Origin: Escherichia coli
GTDB taxonomy: Bacteria > Pseudomonadota > Gammaproteobacteria > Enterobacterales > Enterobacteriaceae
Strand: one strand, 5' to 3'
Length of the DNA: 64,000 nucleotides
Assembly: GCF_003790525.1 (NCBI RefSeq)
Contig: NZ_CP033635.1
Positions within the stretch are counted from its first letter, which is position 1; each line of letters opens with the position of its first letter. The notes below the pieces were generated by a model, which was given only the letters and a program-made list of their open reading frames with translations, searched no databases and was not told where the DNA came from. Of this stretch, positions 16,766 to 30,779 are shown one piece after another. The position numbers and the translations under genes were made by a program.

Positions 16766-18006
16766 CGTGAACCTCGTACAAACGCCTGCGCTTTCTCCAG
16801 ACGCGTTTCATAATCAATACGCAACAGCATCATGATGGCTGTCGACATAATCAGTAAGCTCGAACCACCGTAACTGATCAGCGGCAATGTCAGACCTTTG
16901 GTCGGTAACATCCCCGCCGCCGCGCCTACGTTAACCAGCGCCTGGAAACTAAACCAGATACCAATAGAACAGGCGAGAAAACCGGAAAAACGGTGGTCAA
17001 TTTCTAATGCTTTGCGGCCAATCGACATCGCGCGAAAAGCGACGAAGAATACCATTAAAAGTGCCAGCACCACACCGACATACCCCAGTTCTTCGCCGAT
17101 AATGGCGAAAATAAAGTCAGTGTGCGCTTCCGGCAGATACTCCAGTTTTTGTACCGAGTTACCTAAACCTTGTCCCCACAGTTCACCGCGACCAAACGCC
17201 ATCAACGATTGCGTTAACTGATAGCCGCTGCCAAAGGGATCTTCCCACGGATTCCAGAATGCGGTAACACGGCGGATACGGTACGGTTCGGCGAGGATCA
17301 GCAACACAACAGCTGAAATGCCCATACCGATAATGGCAATGAACTGCCACAATTTCGCTCCCGCCAGGAACAACATCGCCAGCGTAGTCACAAACAACAC
17401 CACCACCGTACCAAGGTCTGGCTGTGCCAGCAGTAGCACTGCCAACACCAGAATTACGCCCATCGGTTTCAGAAAGCCGCGCAGGTTATTACGTACTTCG
17501 TCGCCTTTACGCACCAGATAGTTGGCGATATAGCAAAACAACGACAGTTTTGTCAGCTCCGCAGGCTGGATACGCAGCAAGCCGAGATCGATCCAACGCG
17601 ATGCCCCTTTAACCGAGCTACCCACTACCAGAACGATCATCAGCAGGATGATAGATCCGAGCAGCATCGTGGCACTGTAGCGTTGCCAGAACTCCATCGG
17701 CAGACGCAGCGTAATGATCGCCAGAATGAATGCCAGGATCAGATAGACGCCATCACGCTTCGCGAAGAAGAACGGATCGTTGGTTAAGCGTTGCCCTATG
17801 GGCATTGACGCCGAGGTCACCATGATAAAGCCAATCGCCGCGAGGCCGAAGGTCAGCCACAGTAAGGTGCGATCGTACATGATCAGGCTGTCGGTATCTT
17901 TTTCCCGCGAGCCCATCACCCAGCCCTTTAGCGCCGTGGAGATCCAGACCAGAATACTGAATCCTGGCAGGCGCGGCATTTTCAGGCGAGGGAGAGATAA
18001 ACGCAT
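16762..18006 (-). CDS. ftsW: peptidoglycan glycosyltransferase FtsW (SEDS family)
   Basis: ORF 16762..18009 trimmed by one codon to the MRLSLPRLK start (414 aa). Confidence 0.95.
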
Positions 18007-19322
18007 CAACCTAACTCCTTCGCCAGACGGGCAAACTCATTGCCTCGTTGTTCAAAGTTCTTGAACTGATCAAGGCTGGCACAGGCCGGGGAGAGCAGAA
18101 CCATATCGCCCGGCTGAACACGCGGAGCCAGCAAGCGCATCGCCTGTTCCATGGTTTCGGTTTGTTCTGCCACTTCCGGGCGTAGCGCCGCCAGCTGCGC
18201 GCCGTCCCGACCGAAACAATACAGACGTACGTTATCGCCATTCAGGTAACGCGCCAGTGGGCTAAAATCTGCCGATTTACCATCGCCGCCCAGCAACAAA
18301 TGCAGCGTGCCGTCTACGTGCAGGCCATTCAGTGCCGCTTCCGTACTGCCGACGTTGGTCGCTTTTGAATCGTTAATCCAGCGCACACCGTTATGCTCCA
18401 GCACAACTTCAAAGCGATGCGGCAGACCAGTGAATGTGGTTAACGCTTTCAGGCTGCTGGCGCGCGGCAAACCAGCGGCATCTGCCAGTGCCAGAGCTGC
18501 CAGTGCATTGGTGTAGTTATGCTGCCCGGAAAGTTTCATTTCTTTCACGTTCAGCACTTTCTCGCCCTTCACCCGCAGCCAGGTTTCACCCTGCTGATGA
18601 TTCAGGTGATAGTCACCCATGTTGACGCCAAAGCTGACGCAGCGTTCATCCGCACCGCGAATCGGCATTGTTAAGGCATCATCAGCATTAACCACGCAAA
18701 TTTTTGCGTTTTCGTAAATGCGCAGTTTTGCTGCACGATACTGTTGTAAACCAAACGGATAGCGATCCATATGATCTTCAGTTACGTTCAGAATGGTCGC
18801 TGCTACCGCCTGTAAACTGGAGGTGGTTTCAAGCTGGAAGCTCGACAGCTCCAGCACGTACAGTTCGCACTCATCATCCAGCAGCATCAACGCAGGCAGG
18901 CCAATATTGCCACCCACACCAACGTTAACCCCCGCCGCTTTCGCCATTTCACCCACTAGCGTGGTGACCGTGCTTTTGCCGTTAGAACCGGTGATCGCCA
19001 CAATCGGTGCTTGTGCTTCACGACAGAACAGCTCGATATCGCCAACGATTTCGATTCCGGCATCAGCGGCAGCGCTTAAGGATGGATGCGCCAGTGCAAT
19101 ACCGGGACTGGCGACAATCAGATCGGCCGCCATCAGCCATTCATCATTCAGACCGCCCGTGTGGCGTTCTACAGCTTCGGGTAATTTATCCAGGCCAGGC
19201 GGTGTCATACGCGTATCCATAACGCGCGGCGTCACACCGCGAGCGAGGAAAAAGTCCACGCAAGAAAGCCCGGTGAGGCCCAGGCCGATAATGACGACAT
19301 TTTTACCCTGGTAATCAGCCAT
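18006..19322 (-). CDS. murD: UDP-N-acetylmuramoylalanine--D-glutamate ligase
   Basis: 438-aa ORF matching E. coli MurD. Confidence 0.96.
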
Positions 19323-19324
19323 GA

Positions 19325-20407
19325 TTAACGTACCTTCAGCGTTGCCAGACCAATCAGGACCAGCATCAGCGAAATAATCCAGAAACGTACAATGACGCGC
19401 GGTTCCGGCCAGCCTTTCAGTTCATAGTGGTGATGAATCGGTGCCATGCGGAAAATACGTTGTCCGCGCAGTTTAAAGGAGCCGACCTGCAGGATGACGG
19501 AAAGTGTTTCTACCACGAACACGCCCCCCATAATCACCAGCAGGAATTCCTGACGCAGCAGTACGGCGATAATACCTAACGCACCACCTAACGCCAGCGA
19601 ACCGACATCGCCCATAAAGACCTGCGCCGGATAGGTGTTAAACCACAGGAAGCCCAGCCCTGCCCCGACTATCGCGGTACAGACAATGACCAGTTCCCCG
19701 GCGTGTCGTAGATACGGTATGTGTAAATAGCTGGCAAAGTTCATGTTGCCGGTCGCCCACGCCACCAGCGCAAAACCACCGGCGACAAATACGGTCGGCA
19801 TAATTGCCAGACCGTCAAGACCATCAGTCAGGTTTACCGCGTTGCCTGTACCCACAATGACGAAGTAAGCCAGCAGAATGTAGAACAGCCCCAGTTGCGG
19901 CATCACATCTTTAAAGAACGGAACCACCAGCTGCGTTGCGGGCGTGTCTTTGCCGGCAAGGTACAGCGCGAAGGCAACACCCAGCGCAATGACCGACATC
20001 CAGAAATACTTCCAACGAGCGATCAACCCTTTGGTGTCTTTACGCACCACTTTGCGATAGTCATCAACAAAGCCAATGATGCCGTAGCCTACCAGCACCA
20101 CCAGTACGCACCAGACGTACGGATTGGATGGATAAGCCCACAGCAGTACGGAGATCACAATCGCTGTCAGGATCATAATCCCGCCCATGGTCGGCGTACC
20201 GCGCTTGCTGAAGTGTGATTCAGGACCGTCGTTACGCACCACCTGACCAAAGGAAAGTTTTTGCAAATGAGCAATCATGCGCGGGCCCATCCACAATGAG
20301 ATGAACAGCGCAGTCAGCAGGCTGACGATGGCGCGAAACGTCAGATAGGAAAAGACGTTAAAGCCGGAATAATATTTGACCAAATGTTCGGCCAGCCAAA
20401 CTAACAT
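19325..20407 (-). CDS. mraY: phospho-N-acetylmuramoyl-pentapeptide transferase
   Basis: 360-aa polytopic membrane ORF matching E. coli MraY. Confidence 0.96.
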
Positions 20408-21759
20408 GTCCCATTCTCCTGTAAAGCGCGTACTACCTCTTCCATGGCAGCACTACGTGAACCCTTAACTAAAATCGTAATTACCTGTTGCTCAGCAATC
20501 AGTGATTTAAGACGCGCGATAAGCGCAGTTTTATCGGAAAAATGTTCGCCAACGCCGCTGGCGGTGCTGATAGCATGGCTTTGTTTGCCCACGCTTAACA
20601 CGCGGTCAATACCAGCTGCTTTTGCCGCTTCGCCCACCTGTATATGGCAGGCTTCGCTTTCAGCGCCCAGTTCCGCCATATCGCCCACCACCAGCACGCG
20701 GTAGCCCGGCATTTCAGCCAGTACCTGGACTGCTGCAGTCATTGAACCAACATTGGCGTTGTAGGAGTCGTCGAGCAGCAACTGGTTTTCTACCAGTTGA
20801 ATGGGGAACAGACGGCCTGGAACAGCTTTCAGATTTGCCAGCCCCGCTTTGATAGCATCAAGCGTTGCGCCCACGGCCATGGAGAGCGCAGCGGCTGCCA
20901 GCGCATTCGCAATATTGTGACGCCCCGGCAACGGCAGCAGAACATCCACGCTACCGGTTGGGGTTTGCAGGGTAAATTCCGTACCGTGCGAAGTCACATG
21001 GATATTGGTGGCGGTGAAATCGCTGTTGGCGGCATTGGGTGAGAAACGCCACACTTTGCGTGAGCCAATTACGCTCTGCCAGTTCAGCCAGTCGTTGTTG
21101 TCAGCGTTCATGATGGCGATACCGTTTTCCGGCAGGCCGCTAAAGATTTCACCTTTCGCTTTCGCGACACCCGCAAGCGAGCCAAAACCTTCCAGATGTG
21201 CCGCTGCCAGGTTGTTGACCAGCGCCGCTTCCGGGCGAGTCAGACTCACAGTCCAGGCAATTTCGCCCTGATGGTTCGCGCCAAGTTCAATAACTGCGTA
21301 ATCGTATTCCGGCGTTAAGCGCAACAGCGTCATCGGTACGCCGATGTCGTTGTTGAGATTGCCTGCCGTATAAAGCGTGTTGCCGCACTGGCTTAAAATC
21401 GCCGCCGTCATCTCTTTAACGGATGTTTTGCCGGAGGAACCTGTCAGAGCAACCACGCGCGCCGGAACTTGCTGGCGAACCCATGCAGCCAGTTCACCAA
21501 ACGCCAGACGCGTATCCTTGACGATTAACTGCGGCAGATCGATATCCAGCGGACGGCTAACCAGTAGTGCGCCTGCGCCGCCAGCTTTCGCCTGGTCGGC
21601 AAAATCATGAGCATCGAAACGTTCGCCTTTCAGGGCAACAAACAGGCAGCCCGGCGTCAGTTTTCGCGTGTCAGTGGTTACAGCATCAAGGGTAATATCT
21701 GCACCTTGCAGTTCACCGTTGAGAATATCGGTAAGTTGGCTAAGGGTTACGCTAATCAT
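20401..21759 (-). CDS. murF: UDP-MurNAc-tripeptide--D-Ala-D-Ala ligase
   Basis: 452-aa ORF matching E. coli MurF. Confidence 0.96.
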
Positions 21760-23243
21760 GCAATCACCCCCAGCAGACGCGCCACCGTGACGCGATCGGA
21801 GTAGTCCAGACGCTGATTGCCAACAATCTGGTAATCCTCATGACCTTTGCCCGCGACCAGTACCACATCATTCTCTTTAGCCTGCATAACGGCGCAAGTC
21901 ACCGCTTCAGCACGGCCTTCCATCACTTTGGCATGTCCGGCATCTAACATTCCCGCCAGAATATCGTTGATGATGGCACGCGGTTCTTCGGTACGCGGGT
22001 TATCGTCCGTTACCACCGCCACGTCAGCAAACTCTTCAGCAATTGCGCCCATCAGTGGACGTTTGCCTTTATCACGATCGCCACCACAGCCAAAGACGCA
22101 CCACAGCTTGCCCGCACAGTGCAGGCGCGCCGCCTGTAAGGCTTTTTCCAGTGCATCCGGCGTATGCGCGTAATCCACCACCACCGTCGGTTTGCCTGGC
22201 GCAGTGAACACTTCCATACGTCCGCAAACCGGTTGCAGACGCGCGGCGGTTTTTAACAGATCAGCGAGCGGGTAGCCGAGTGCCAGCAGTGTCGCCAGCG
22301 CAAGCAGCAGGTTGCTGACGTTAAAAGCGCCCATCAGATGGCTTTCAATTTCGCCATCGCCCCAGCTTGAGCTAAAGCGAATCGTCGCACCGCTGTCGTG
22401 ATAGTTCACTTCGGTCGCTTTCAACCAGCGTCCGTGACAGTTCAGATTGATATGATCTTCCATTGATACCGCAACCGCGTCCGGCAGTTTTGCCAGCCAG
22501 CGGCGGCCCACTTCATCGTCGGCGTTAATAATCGCCTGACCGCAACGATGTTCAGAATAAAGCAGCCATTTCGCGGCTTCGTAGTGTTCCATATCACCAT
22601 GATAATCAAGGTGATCGCGGCTTAAGTTGGTAAAGACCGATGCGGCAAATTTCAGCGCCGCCACGCGATGCTGTACCAGCCCGTGGGAAGAGACTTCCAT
22701 TGCGCAAAAAGTCGCGCCCTGATCCACCAGCCCCGCCAGCTCATGCTGAACATCGACTGCCGAACCGGTGGTATTTTCTGTCGGGATCACTTTCCCCAGC
22801 AGGCCGTTACCAACGGTGCCCATTACCGCGCTGGTTTCGCCAAGCAGTTGGCTCCACTGTGCCAGCAGCTGGGTCGTCGTGGTTTTGCCGTTGGTGCCCG
22901 TTACGCCTACAAGACGTAAATTATCAGAGGGTTCATGGTAAAAGCGGCCCGCCAGTGCAGATAAACGCTCGTTGAGCTGGCTGAGATAGATGACCGGTAC
23001 GCCGTGCATTTCACGGATTTCACCGTCGGTCGCCTCATCTTTCGCCTCTGCAATAATGGCAGCCACACCTTGCGCTATCGCCTGCGGGATATATCGACGC
23101 CCGTCCGCCTGATGACCTACTACAGCTACAAAGAGATCGCCCGCCGCAGCCACACGGCTGTCGAGTGTCATCTCTCGCAGTGCTCGCGAAGGTGCGTCTG
23201 GCACCCACGGAGCAAGAAGGTCGCGCAAATTACGATCTGCCAC
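21756..23243 (-). CDS. murE: UDP-MurNAc-L-Ala-D-Glu--meso-DAP ligase
   Basis: 495-aa ORF matching E. coli MurE. Confidence 0.96.
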
Positions 23244-24996
23244 CTGTCCCCTCGCCTTGATTAATCACAAATTCATTTTTATCGCCCGTTGTCAGCGCAT
23301 CCGGCTCGATGTTCATGGTACGCAATACGCCGCCCATGATGGCACCAAAGACCGGCGCGGAAACGGCGCCGCCGTAGTATTTACCCGCCTGCGGATCGTT
23401 GATAACAACAACCAGCGCGAAGCGCGGCTGACTCGCAGGCGCAACGCCTGCGGTATAAGCAATATATTTATTGATGTAGCGACCGTCCGGCCCGACCTTT
23501 TTCGCGGTACCGGTTTTAATGGCGATACGATAGCCTTTAATCGCCGCCTTCACGCCGCCACCGCCCGGTAGCGCCACGCTTTCCATCATATGCACCACGG
23601 TGCGAACAATGGATTCCGGGAAGACACGTTCACCGGGAACCGGGGGATCAACTTTGGTAATCGACAGTGGGCGATAAATGCCGTAGCTGCCGATAGTTGC
23701 GTAGACTCGCGCTAACTGTAACGGTGTTACCATTAGCCCGTAGCCGAAAGAGAAGGTGGCCCTCTCTATGTCAGACCACCGTTGTTTTTGAGGATATAAG
23801 CCACTGCGTTCTCCGACCAACCCCAAATTGGTCGCTTTTCCCAGTCCAAAACGTGAGTAAGTATCTACTAACGCTGAGGACGGCATCGCTAACGCCAGCT
23901 TGGAAACACCGACGTTACTCGACTTCTGTAATACCCCGGTCAGGGTTAATTCGCTGTAGCGTGCCACGTCTTTGATTTCGTGGCCGTTAATTCGATAAGG
24001 AACGGTATTCAGTACCGAGTTTTCCCGCACTACGCCACGTTGCAACGCGGTCATCACCACCATCGGTTTAACCGTTGAACCCGGTTCAAACACGTCAGTG
24101 ATGGTACGGTTACGCATCGCCTCTTTCGGCGTGCCACTCAGATTGTTTGGGTTGTATGACGGGCTGTTAGCCATCGCCAGCACTTCACCGGTGTTGACAT
24201 CCACCAGCACGGCGCTACCAGATTCAGCTTTGTTAAAGGCCACCGCGTTGTTCAGTTCGCGATAAACCAGCGCCTGCAGGCGTTCATCAATACTCAGCGC
24301 CAGGTTGTGCGCCGCCTGACTGTCGGTGGAAGAGATATCTTCAATTACGCGGCCATAGCGGTCTTTACGCACAATGCGCTCACCCGGCTGCCCGGTAAGC
24401 CATTTATCGAAACTCTTCTCGACGCCCTCAATCCCCTGACTATCGACGTTAGTAAAGCCGATGAGGTGAGCGGTCACTTCGCCGGATGGATAATAACGGC
24501 GAGATTCTTCACGCAGATGAATCCCCGGCAGTTTCAGTTTTTTGATGTACTCTGCCATGTCAGGGTTTACCTGACGCGCCAGATAAATAAAGCGCCCTTT
24601 CGGGTTGGCGTTAATGCGGGCTGAAAGCTGATCCAGCGGAATGTTGAGTGCGTTAGCCAGCGCCTTCCAGCGATCACCGACGCTGATACCGCCAGCGTCA
24701 TGCACTTCTTTCGGGTCAGCCCAAATCGCTTTAACCGGCACGCTCACCGCTAACGGGCGACCAGAACGGTCAGTAATCATGCCGCGGGAGGTGGAAACTT
24801 GCTGAACGCGAAGAGAACGCATGTCGCCCTCTTTTACCAGCATATCCGGGGAGATAACTTGTAACCACGCTACGCGTCCGAGCAGAAAAGCCAGCGCCAG
24901 GAGAATACAGCCGCATAACAACGCAAAACGCCAACTGATAAAGTTGGCATGTTCTTCCTGACGTTTTGGTTTCTGCGTTTTCGCCGCTGCTTTCAT
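23230..24996 (-). CDS. ftsI: peptidoglycan transpeptidase PBP3 (FtsI)
   Basis: 588-aa ORF with active-site STVK, SSN and KTG motifs. Confidence 0.96.
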
Positions 24997-25011
24997 GCGT
25001 CGCGTTTATCC

Positions 25012-25377
25012 TTATTTTTGCACTACGATATTTTCTTGTGACGGATCAACATGCTGCATTTGCAGCTTTTCCGTGGCTATCCTTTCCACCCGGCTATGGT
25101 CGCCGAGCGCATTCTCTTCAAGGATTAGGTTGCGCCATTCAATGTCTAAAGCATCTCGCTCCAGCACCAGTTGTTCGCGCTGAGCGGTCAGTAAACGGGT
25201 ATGGTGCGCCGTGGTTACCACGGTCACCGCCGTCAAAATAATGCAAATGAACAGGCAGAGTGGCAGCTTCCCAAATCGCAAAAGATCGTCACCGATAACA
25301 CCAGGCAATGCATGGCGCTCGTGGCTTCCCATCGATCCTTTAACTTTGCTTAGAGCTTCTGTCACTCTGCTGATCAT
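25012..25377 (-). CDS. ftsL: cell division protein FtsL
   Basis: 121-aa bitopic ORF matching E. coli FtsL. Confidence 0.93.
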
Positions 25378-26315
25378 GCGTTCGTCCTCTCTGCAATACG
25401 CAGAACTGAACTACGGGCACGAGGATTCTCAGCCACCTCTTCTTCGCCCGGCATTAACTTGCCTAGTGCTCGCAGCTGACGGCCACCCAGTTTTTTGAGC
25501 TGCTCTTCAGTCATCGGTAACCCTGCCGGAACTTGCGGACCGCGGCTGTTTTCACGCATAAAACGTTTCACAATACGGTCTTCCAGCGAGTGGAAGCTGA
25601 TGATCGAAAGCCGCCCACCCGGGGCCAGCACGTTGAGCGAGCTTTTTAGCGCCTGCTCTATCTCCTCCAGTTCACTGTTTACCCAAATGCGCACCGCCTG
25701 GAAGGTCCGGGTCGCGGGATGTTTAAACTTATCTTTCACCGGCGTTGCAGCAGCCACGACTTCCGCCAGTTCTTTGGTGCGGGTCATCGGCTGTTCGCGG
25801 TTTCGCTCGACAATGGCGCGGGCAATGCGTTTGGCAAAACGCTCTTCACCATAGGTTTTCAATACCCAGGCGATATCGGCTTCTTCTGCGGTTTGTAGCC
25901 ATTCAGCGGCTGACTGCCCACGGGTTGGGTCCATACGCATGTCCAGCGGACCATCGCGCATAAAGGAAAAACCGCGTTCAGCATCATCAAGTTGCGGTGA
26001 AGAGACGCCAAGATCGAGGAGAATGCCATCGATCTTGCCGATAAGATCGCGCTCGGCAACGTATTCGCCCAGCGCGGAGAAAGGTCCGTGGATGATGGAG
26101 AAGCGCGGATCATCAATAGTCTTCGCAACGGCGATAGCCTGCGGGTCGCGATCGATCGCCAACAAACGCCCCTCTTCGCCAAGCTGCGAGAGGATCAGAC
26201 GTGAGTGACCACCGCGACCAAAAGTCCCATCAATGTAGATGCCATCAGGACGGATATTGAGGCCATTAACGGCTTCATCCAGCAGCACCGTAGTATGTTT
26301 ATAGTTTTCCATCAT
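25374..26315 (-). CDS. rsmH: 16S rRNA m4C1402 methyltransferase RsmH (MraW)
   Basis: ORF 25374..26444 trimmed to the [10 protein letters not shown] start, giving 313 aa. Confidence 0.93.
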
Positions 26316-26316
26316 T

Positions 26317-26775
26317 TTATAGAGACAAGTCCTGCAGTCGCTCCGATAAGTCTCCGGTAGCCAACTGCTCTGCGTCGATATCTTCCTTGACCTGTTGATG
26401 CCAGGTTGTTTCATCCCACAGCTCAAACTTGTTGAACTGTCCAACCAGCATCACTTCTTTTGTCAGCCCGGCATGTTGCCGCAGTACTGGCGCGATTAAC
26501 AATCGACCTGCGCCATCCATCTGACATTCGCTGGCATGACCTAACAGTAGGCGCTGCACACGGCGCTCAACCGGGTTCATGCTCGACAGACGCGATAATT
26601 TTTGCTCGATAATTTCCCATTCAGGCAGGGGGTAAAGCAGCAGGCACGGGTGATGAATGTCAATGGTGCAAACCATTTGACCGGCAGCGTTCTCAAGCAG
26701 CTGTTCCCGATAACGGGTAGGCACTGATAAGCGCCCTTTGCTGTCGAGATTGACTAACGTTGCTCCCCGGAACAT
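26317..26775 (-). CDS. mraZ: transcriptional regulator MraZ
   Basis: ORF 26317..26811 trimmed to the [11 protein letters not shown] start, giving 152 aa. Confidence 0.93.
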
Positions 26776-26779
26776 GCCA

Positions 26780-26830
26780 GCCTCACCCCTTATTCCCACT
26801 TTGCCCCACAATTTCCCACTGAAAGGAGTT
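26780..26830 (-). promoter_or_regulatory. Pmra region with direct GTGGG-type repeats (putative MraZ-binding repeats)
   Basis: Minus strand reads agtggga..tgtgggg..agtggga at ~10-nt spacing just upstream of the mraZ start; MraZ autoregulation through such repeats is established, the exact operator assignment here is inferred. Confidence 0.4.
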
Positions 26831-27376
26831 TACGGAGCGGAGGAAAAGCTTGTCAAGCCAGTCACAAGGCATACCGAGGTAAAAAACCCGATGTTTACGG
26901 CTAATATCAGCGTTGTTTATTTTACGTCCAACGTGCGAAGCAAATTAACGTTATGAATAGCTGTAAGAAAAAATCCCTCATCGTCATCACCGTTTTAAAA
27001 TGACTCACTATTTTCCACAGCAAATATAAAGTGTCAGTTTGCGACGCGAGCGGCATTTTAGGACATATCTTCCCCGGTTAACAGTCCCTGTTGCGTCTGT
27101 GTGACGCTTGATGCCAGCGGGTTTGCGCAAAAGCAAAGAAAAGTGTTTGTTAAATCGGCAATTCATCTCTGCATGTAACAAAATAATGCAAAAACGCGCT
27201 ATCGATATCACTTAATTATTGTGAATTTCAGCTGGTGAGGTAATTAACGGGCAGGTTTAAAAGCATTTATCAATAATAGCCAGGAATAGTCTTATTTACT
27301 TTAAGGATATTGATGTCCATTCCCGTACTCAACGCGCCAGAGAGAAATTCACCTGGCGCGTATTTTTGTTCGCGGC

Positions 27377-28381
27377 TTAGCTACGGCTGAGCACGCCGCG
27401 GCGATAGAGATTACGTTTAATGCGCGTTAAACCAGGTTTTGGCTTACGCGGTTCGTCCAGGCTTGCCAGGACAATCTCCAGCACACGCTCTGCGACATCG
27501 CGGTGACGTTGAGCCACTGCCAGCACCGGGCACTGTAAGAAGTCGAGCAGTTCGTTATCGCCAAAGGTGGCAATTGCCAGGTCAGAAGGCAGTTTGCCGT
27601 CACGACGTAGCGTGACATCCATCACCCCTTGCAACAGCGCAAATGACGTTGTGAACAGCGCCTGCGGCATCGGATGCGTTTCCAGCCATTTTTCGAATAA
27701 CTGGGCAGCTGCCTCCCGCTCATAGCTGTTGGCATAAAGGAAATGCACTTCGCGCGGATCATCTTTCCAGGCAGTACGGAAGCCTTGTTCACGCAGGAAG
27801 CTGACAGAAAGCTCCGGCAGCGCGCCAAGATAAAGCACCGTCTCGGCGGGAAACTTACGTAACTCTTCCGCCAGCATTTCGGCATCATCCTGATCAGCAC
27901 CAACCACGCTGGTGAAGTGTTCACGATCGAGGGCGCGGTCCAGCGCGACAATCGGGAACGGGTCGTTAGCCCAGCGTTGATAAAAAGGATGCTCAGGTGG
28001 CAACGACGTCGAAACAATAATGGCATCAACCTGACGCTGTAAAAGGTGCTCAATGCAGCGCATTTCGTTGTCGGGCTGATCTTCCGAGCAGGCAATCAGC
28101 AGTTGATAACCCCTTTGCCGCGCCTGGCGTTCAAGATAGTTAGCGATGCGGGTATAGCTGGTGTTCTCCAGATCGGGGATCACAAGACCAATAGAACGTG
28201 TGCGTCCAGCACGAAGCCCAGCTGCCACGGCGTTCGGGTGGTAATTGTGCTCACGCACCACAGCCATGACTTTTTCAACGGTTTTGTCGCTCACACGGTA
28301 TTGCTTCGCTTTGCCGTTAATAACATAGCTTGCAGTGGTCCGCGACACTCCCGCCAGCCGAGCGATTTCATCCAGTTTCAC
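27377..28381 (-). CDS. cra: catabolite repressor/activator Cra (FruR), LacI family
   Basis: 334-aa ORF with N-terminal HTH; matches E. coli Cra. Confidence 0.96.
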   Translation of the reverse strand: MKLDEIARLAGVSRTTASYVINGKAKQYRVSDKTVEKVMAVVREHNYHPNAVAAGLRAGRTRSIGLVIPDLENTSYTRIANYLERQARQRGYQLLIACSEDQPDNEMRCIEHLLQRQVDAIIVSTSLPPEHPFYQRWANDPFPIVALDRALDREHFTSVVGADQDDAEMLAEELRKFPAETVLYLGALPELSVSFLREQGFRTAWKDDPREVHFLYANSYEREAAAQLFEKWLETHPMPQALFTTSFALLQGVMDVTLRRDGKLPSDLAIATFGDNELLDFLQCPVLAVAQRHRDVAERVLEIVLASLDEPRKPKPGLTRIKRNLYRRGVLSRS

Positions 28382-28506
28382 AATTGCCCCTTGCGTAAAA
28401 TGTAAAAACCATAGCCATTGTACTGGTATGGGTTAAATTCATTAACATCTAAGCGCAGAAAATTAACTGCGGCAACTGCTTTTATTCCAGGTTCCCACTG
28501 ATTTCG

Positions 28507-28536
28507 CAAAAAAAGCCCAACGTGACATGTTGGGCT
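28507..28536 (-). terminator. Rho-independent terminator downstream of ilvH
   Basis: On the minus strand the hairpin gcccaacatgtcacgttgggc is followed by a TTTTTTT run. Confidence 0.7.
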
Positions 28537-28560
28537 GCAAATTGCGCATTGAGATCATTC

Positions 28561-29052
28561 TCAACGCATTATTTTTTCGCCGCGCGAAAGTCCGACCACA
28601 CCAGAGCGAGCAACTTCCACAATTTTCGCCACATCGCGAATCGATGCTAAAAATGCATCAAGCTTATCGCTGGTACCTGCTAATTGAACGGTATAAAGCG
28701 AGGGTGTGACATCGATAATTTGCCCACGGAATATTTCCGTATTACGTTTCACTTCGTCACGCCCGTAGCCGCTGGCCTGAATTTTCACCAGCATGATTTC
28801 CCGCTCAACATGCGCCCCCTGCCCCAACTCGCTCACGCGTAATACATCGACCAGCTTGTGTAATTGCTTTTCGATCTGCTCAAGCACTTTTTCATCGCCC
28901 ACGGTCTGGATGGTCATACGCGATAATGTCGGATCGTCGGTTGGCGCAACGGTCAGGCTTTCAATGTTGTAGCCACGCTGGGAAAAAAGGCCAATCACGC
29001 GGGATAACGCGCCTGATTCATTTTCGAGTAAGACTGATAATATCCGGCGCAT
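28561..29052 (-). CDS. ilvH: acetolactate synthase III small (regulatory) subunit
   Basis: ORF 28561..29082 trimmed to [12 protein letters not shown], giving 163 aa; start overlaps the ilvI stop. Confidence 0.94.
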
Positions 29053-29054
29053 AA

Positions 29055-30779
29055 TCAGGTTCTCTCCGTTTTGCTTAACCACATTTCATCCATTCCGCCC
29101 CCGCGAATCTGCATCGGGTAGACGTGCTCACTGCCATCGACGGTGACATCAACAAACACCAGGCGATTATTGCGCACCTGTTCCAGCGCCTCGCTAAGTT
29201 TGCTTTCCAGTTCTTGCGGATGAGAAATCTGGATCCCGACGTGACCATAGGCTTCCGCCAGACGAACGAAATCGGGTAGCGATTGCATATAAGATTGTGA
29301 ATGACGGCCGGAATAGATCATGTCCTGCCACTGTTTCACCATCCCCAGATAGCGGTTATTGAGATTCACCACCAGTACCGGCAACTCGTATTGCAAGGCG
29401 GTAGACAGTTCCTGGATGTTCATCTGAATACTGCCGTCGCCAGTGACGCAAACCACGGTTTCTTCTGGCAACGCCATTTTGACGCCCAGTGCCGCAGGCA
29501 AACCAAACCCCATCGTGCCGAGGCCGCCAGAGTTGATCCAGCGACGCGGTTTGTCGAATGGATAATAAAGCGCAGCAAACATCTGGTGCTGCCCGACATC
29601 GGACGTCACGTAAGCGTCTCCCTTCGTCAACCGCCAAAGAGTCTCGATCACCGCCTGCGGTTTAATCTTTTCACTGTGAGAGTCATATTTCAGGCACTGA
29701 CGAGCGCGCCACTGTTCAATCTGTTGCCACCAGTCGCGGATCTCATCCAGCGGTTGATGGACGGATTCTTGCGACAGGAGTTCAAACATTTGTTCAAGGA
29801 CCTGGCGAGCATCCCCCACAATCGGGATATCAGCAGTCACGGTTTTAGAAATGGAAGTAGGATCAATGTCGATATGCAGAACCGTGGCATTTGGGCAGTA
29901 CTTCGCCAGATTGTTCGTCGTTCGGTCATCAAAACGCACCCCGACGGCAAAAATCACATCCGCGTTATGCATCGTCATATTGGCTTCGTAGGTGCCGTGC
30001 ATTCCCAGCATGCCCAGTGCCTGACGATGCGTTGCCGGAAACGCCCCCAGCCCCATTAATGAGGAAACAACGGGCAGATTCAACGCCTCCACCGTTTCTT
30101 TTAGCTGCTGATGACAGCCCGCCGTGATTGCCCCACCGCCTACATAGACAACCGGTTTTTTTGCCGCCACCAGCGTTTGCAGAGCGCGCTTAATTTGCCC
30201 TTTATGCCCGGAGGTCGTGGGATTGTAAGATCGCATACTGACCGACTCCGGCCAGACGTAGGGTAATTTGTTCGCCGGATTAAGAATATCTTTGGGTAAA
30301 TCAACGACCACGGGCCCAGGGCGACCACTTGCCGCCAGCCAGAAAGCCTTTTTCAGCACCTGCGGAATGTCTTCCGTTTGCTTAACCAGAAAACTGTGTT
30401 TAACCACCGGGCGAGAAATCCCCACCATGTCGCACTCCTGAAAGGCATCGTAGCCTATCAACGAGGTCGCTACCTGCCCGGAAAGGACAACTAAGGGAAT
30501 GGAATCCATATAAGCGGTGGCAATGCCAGTAATCGCATTGGTCGCCCCTGGACCCGACGTTACCAGCACGACGCCGACTTCCCCGGTCGCGCGCGCCAGA
30601 CCATCGGCCATATGCACCGCCGCCTGCTCATGACGAACTAAAACATGATCGATACCACCCACGGTATGCAATGCATCGTAAATATCAAGGACCGCGCCTC
30701 CGGGATAACCGAATACTTGTTTAACGCCCTGATCGATAAGCGATCGGACGACCATCTCGGCTCCAGACAACATCTCCAT
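29055..30779 (-). CDS. ilvI: acetolactate synthase III large subunit
   Basis: ORF 29055..30869 trimmed to [11 protein letters not shown], giving 574 aa; ThDP-dependent enzyme. Confidence 0.94.
   Translation of the reverse strand: MEMLSGAEMVVRSLIDQGVKQVFGYPGGAVLDIYDALHTVGGIDHVLVRHEQAAVHMADGLARATGEVGVVLVTSGPGATNAITGIATAYMDSIPLVVLSGQVATSLIGYDAFQECDMVGISRPVVKHSFLVKQTEDIPQVLKKAFWLAASGRPGPVVVDLPKDILNPANKLPYVWPESVSMRSYNPTTSGHKGQIKRALQTLVAAKKPVVYVGGGAITAGCHQQLKETVEALNLPVVSSLMGLGAFPATHRQALGMLGMHGTYEANMTMHNADVIFAVGVRFDDRTTNNLAKYCPNATVLHIDIDPTSISKTVTADIPIVGDARQVLEQMFELLSQESVHQPLDEIRDWWQQIEQWRARQCLKYDSHSEKIKPQAVIETLWRLTKGDAYVTSDVGQHQMFAALYYPFDKPRRWINSGGLGTMGFGLPAALGVKMALPEETVVCVTGDGSIQMNIQELSTALQYELPVLVVNLNNRYLGMVKQWQDMIYSGRHSQSYMQSLPDFVRLAEAYGHVGIQISHPQELESKLSEALEQVRNNRLVFVDVTVDGSEHVYPMQIRGGGMDEMWLSKTERT

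Noticed and set aside
26317-26811. N-terminal extensions in the ORF track for mraZ, and similarly rsmH, ilvI, ilvH, leuO, leuD, sgrR, thiB, thiQ, yabI, araC and djlA
   Set aside because: The longest-ORF starts precede the conserved protein N-termini; starts were moved to the internal Met or GTG that matches the known proteins.
27008-27211. 67-aa minus-strand ORF in the mraZ-cra intergenic region
   Set aside because: Lies in the known ~600-bp Pmra regulatory spacer, has no ribosome-binding site context, and the peptide is featureless.
27330-27372. Inverted repeat cgcgccagagagaaattcacctggcgcg just downstream of cra, considered as a cra terminator
   Set aside because: The T-run follows the hairpin on the plus strand, not the cra-coding minus strand, so the assignment is ambiguous and it is left uncalled.
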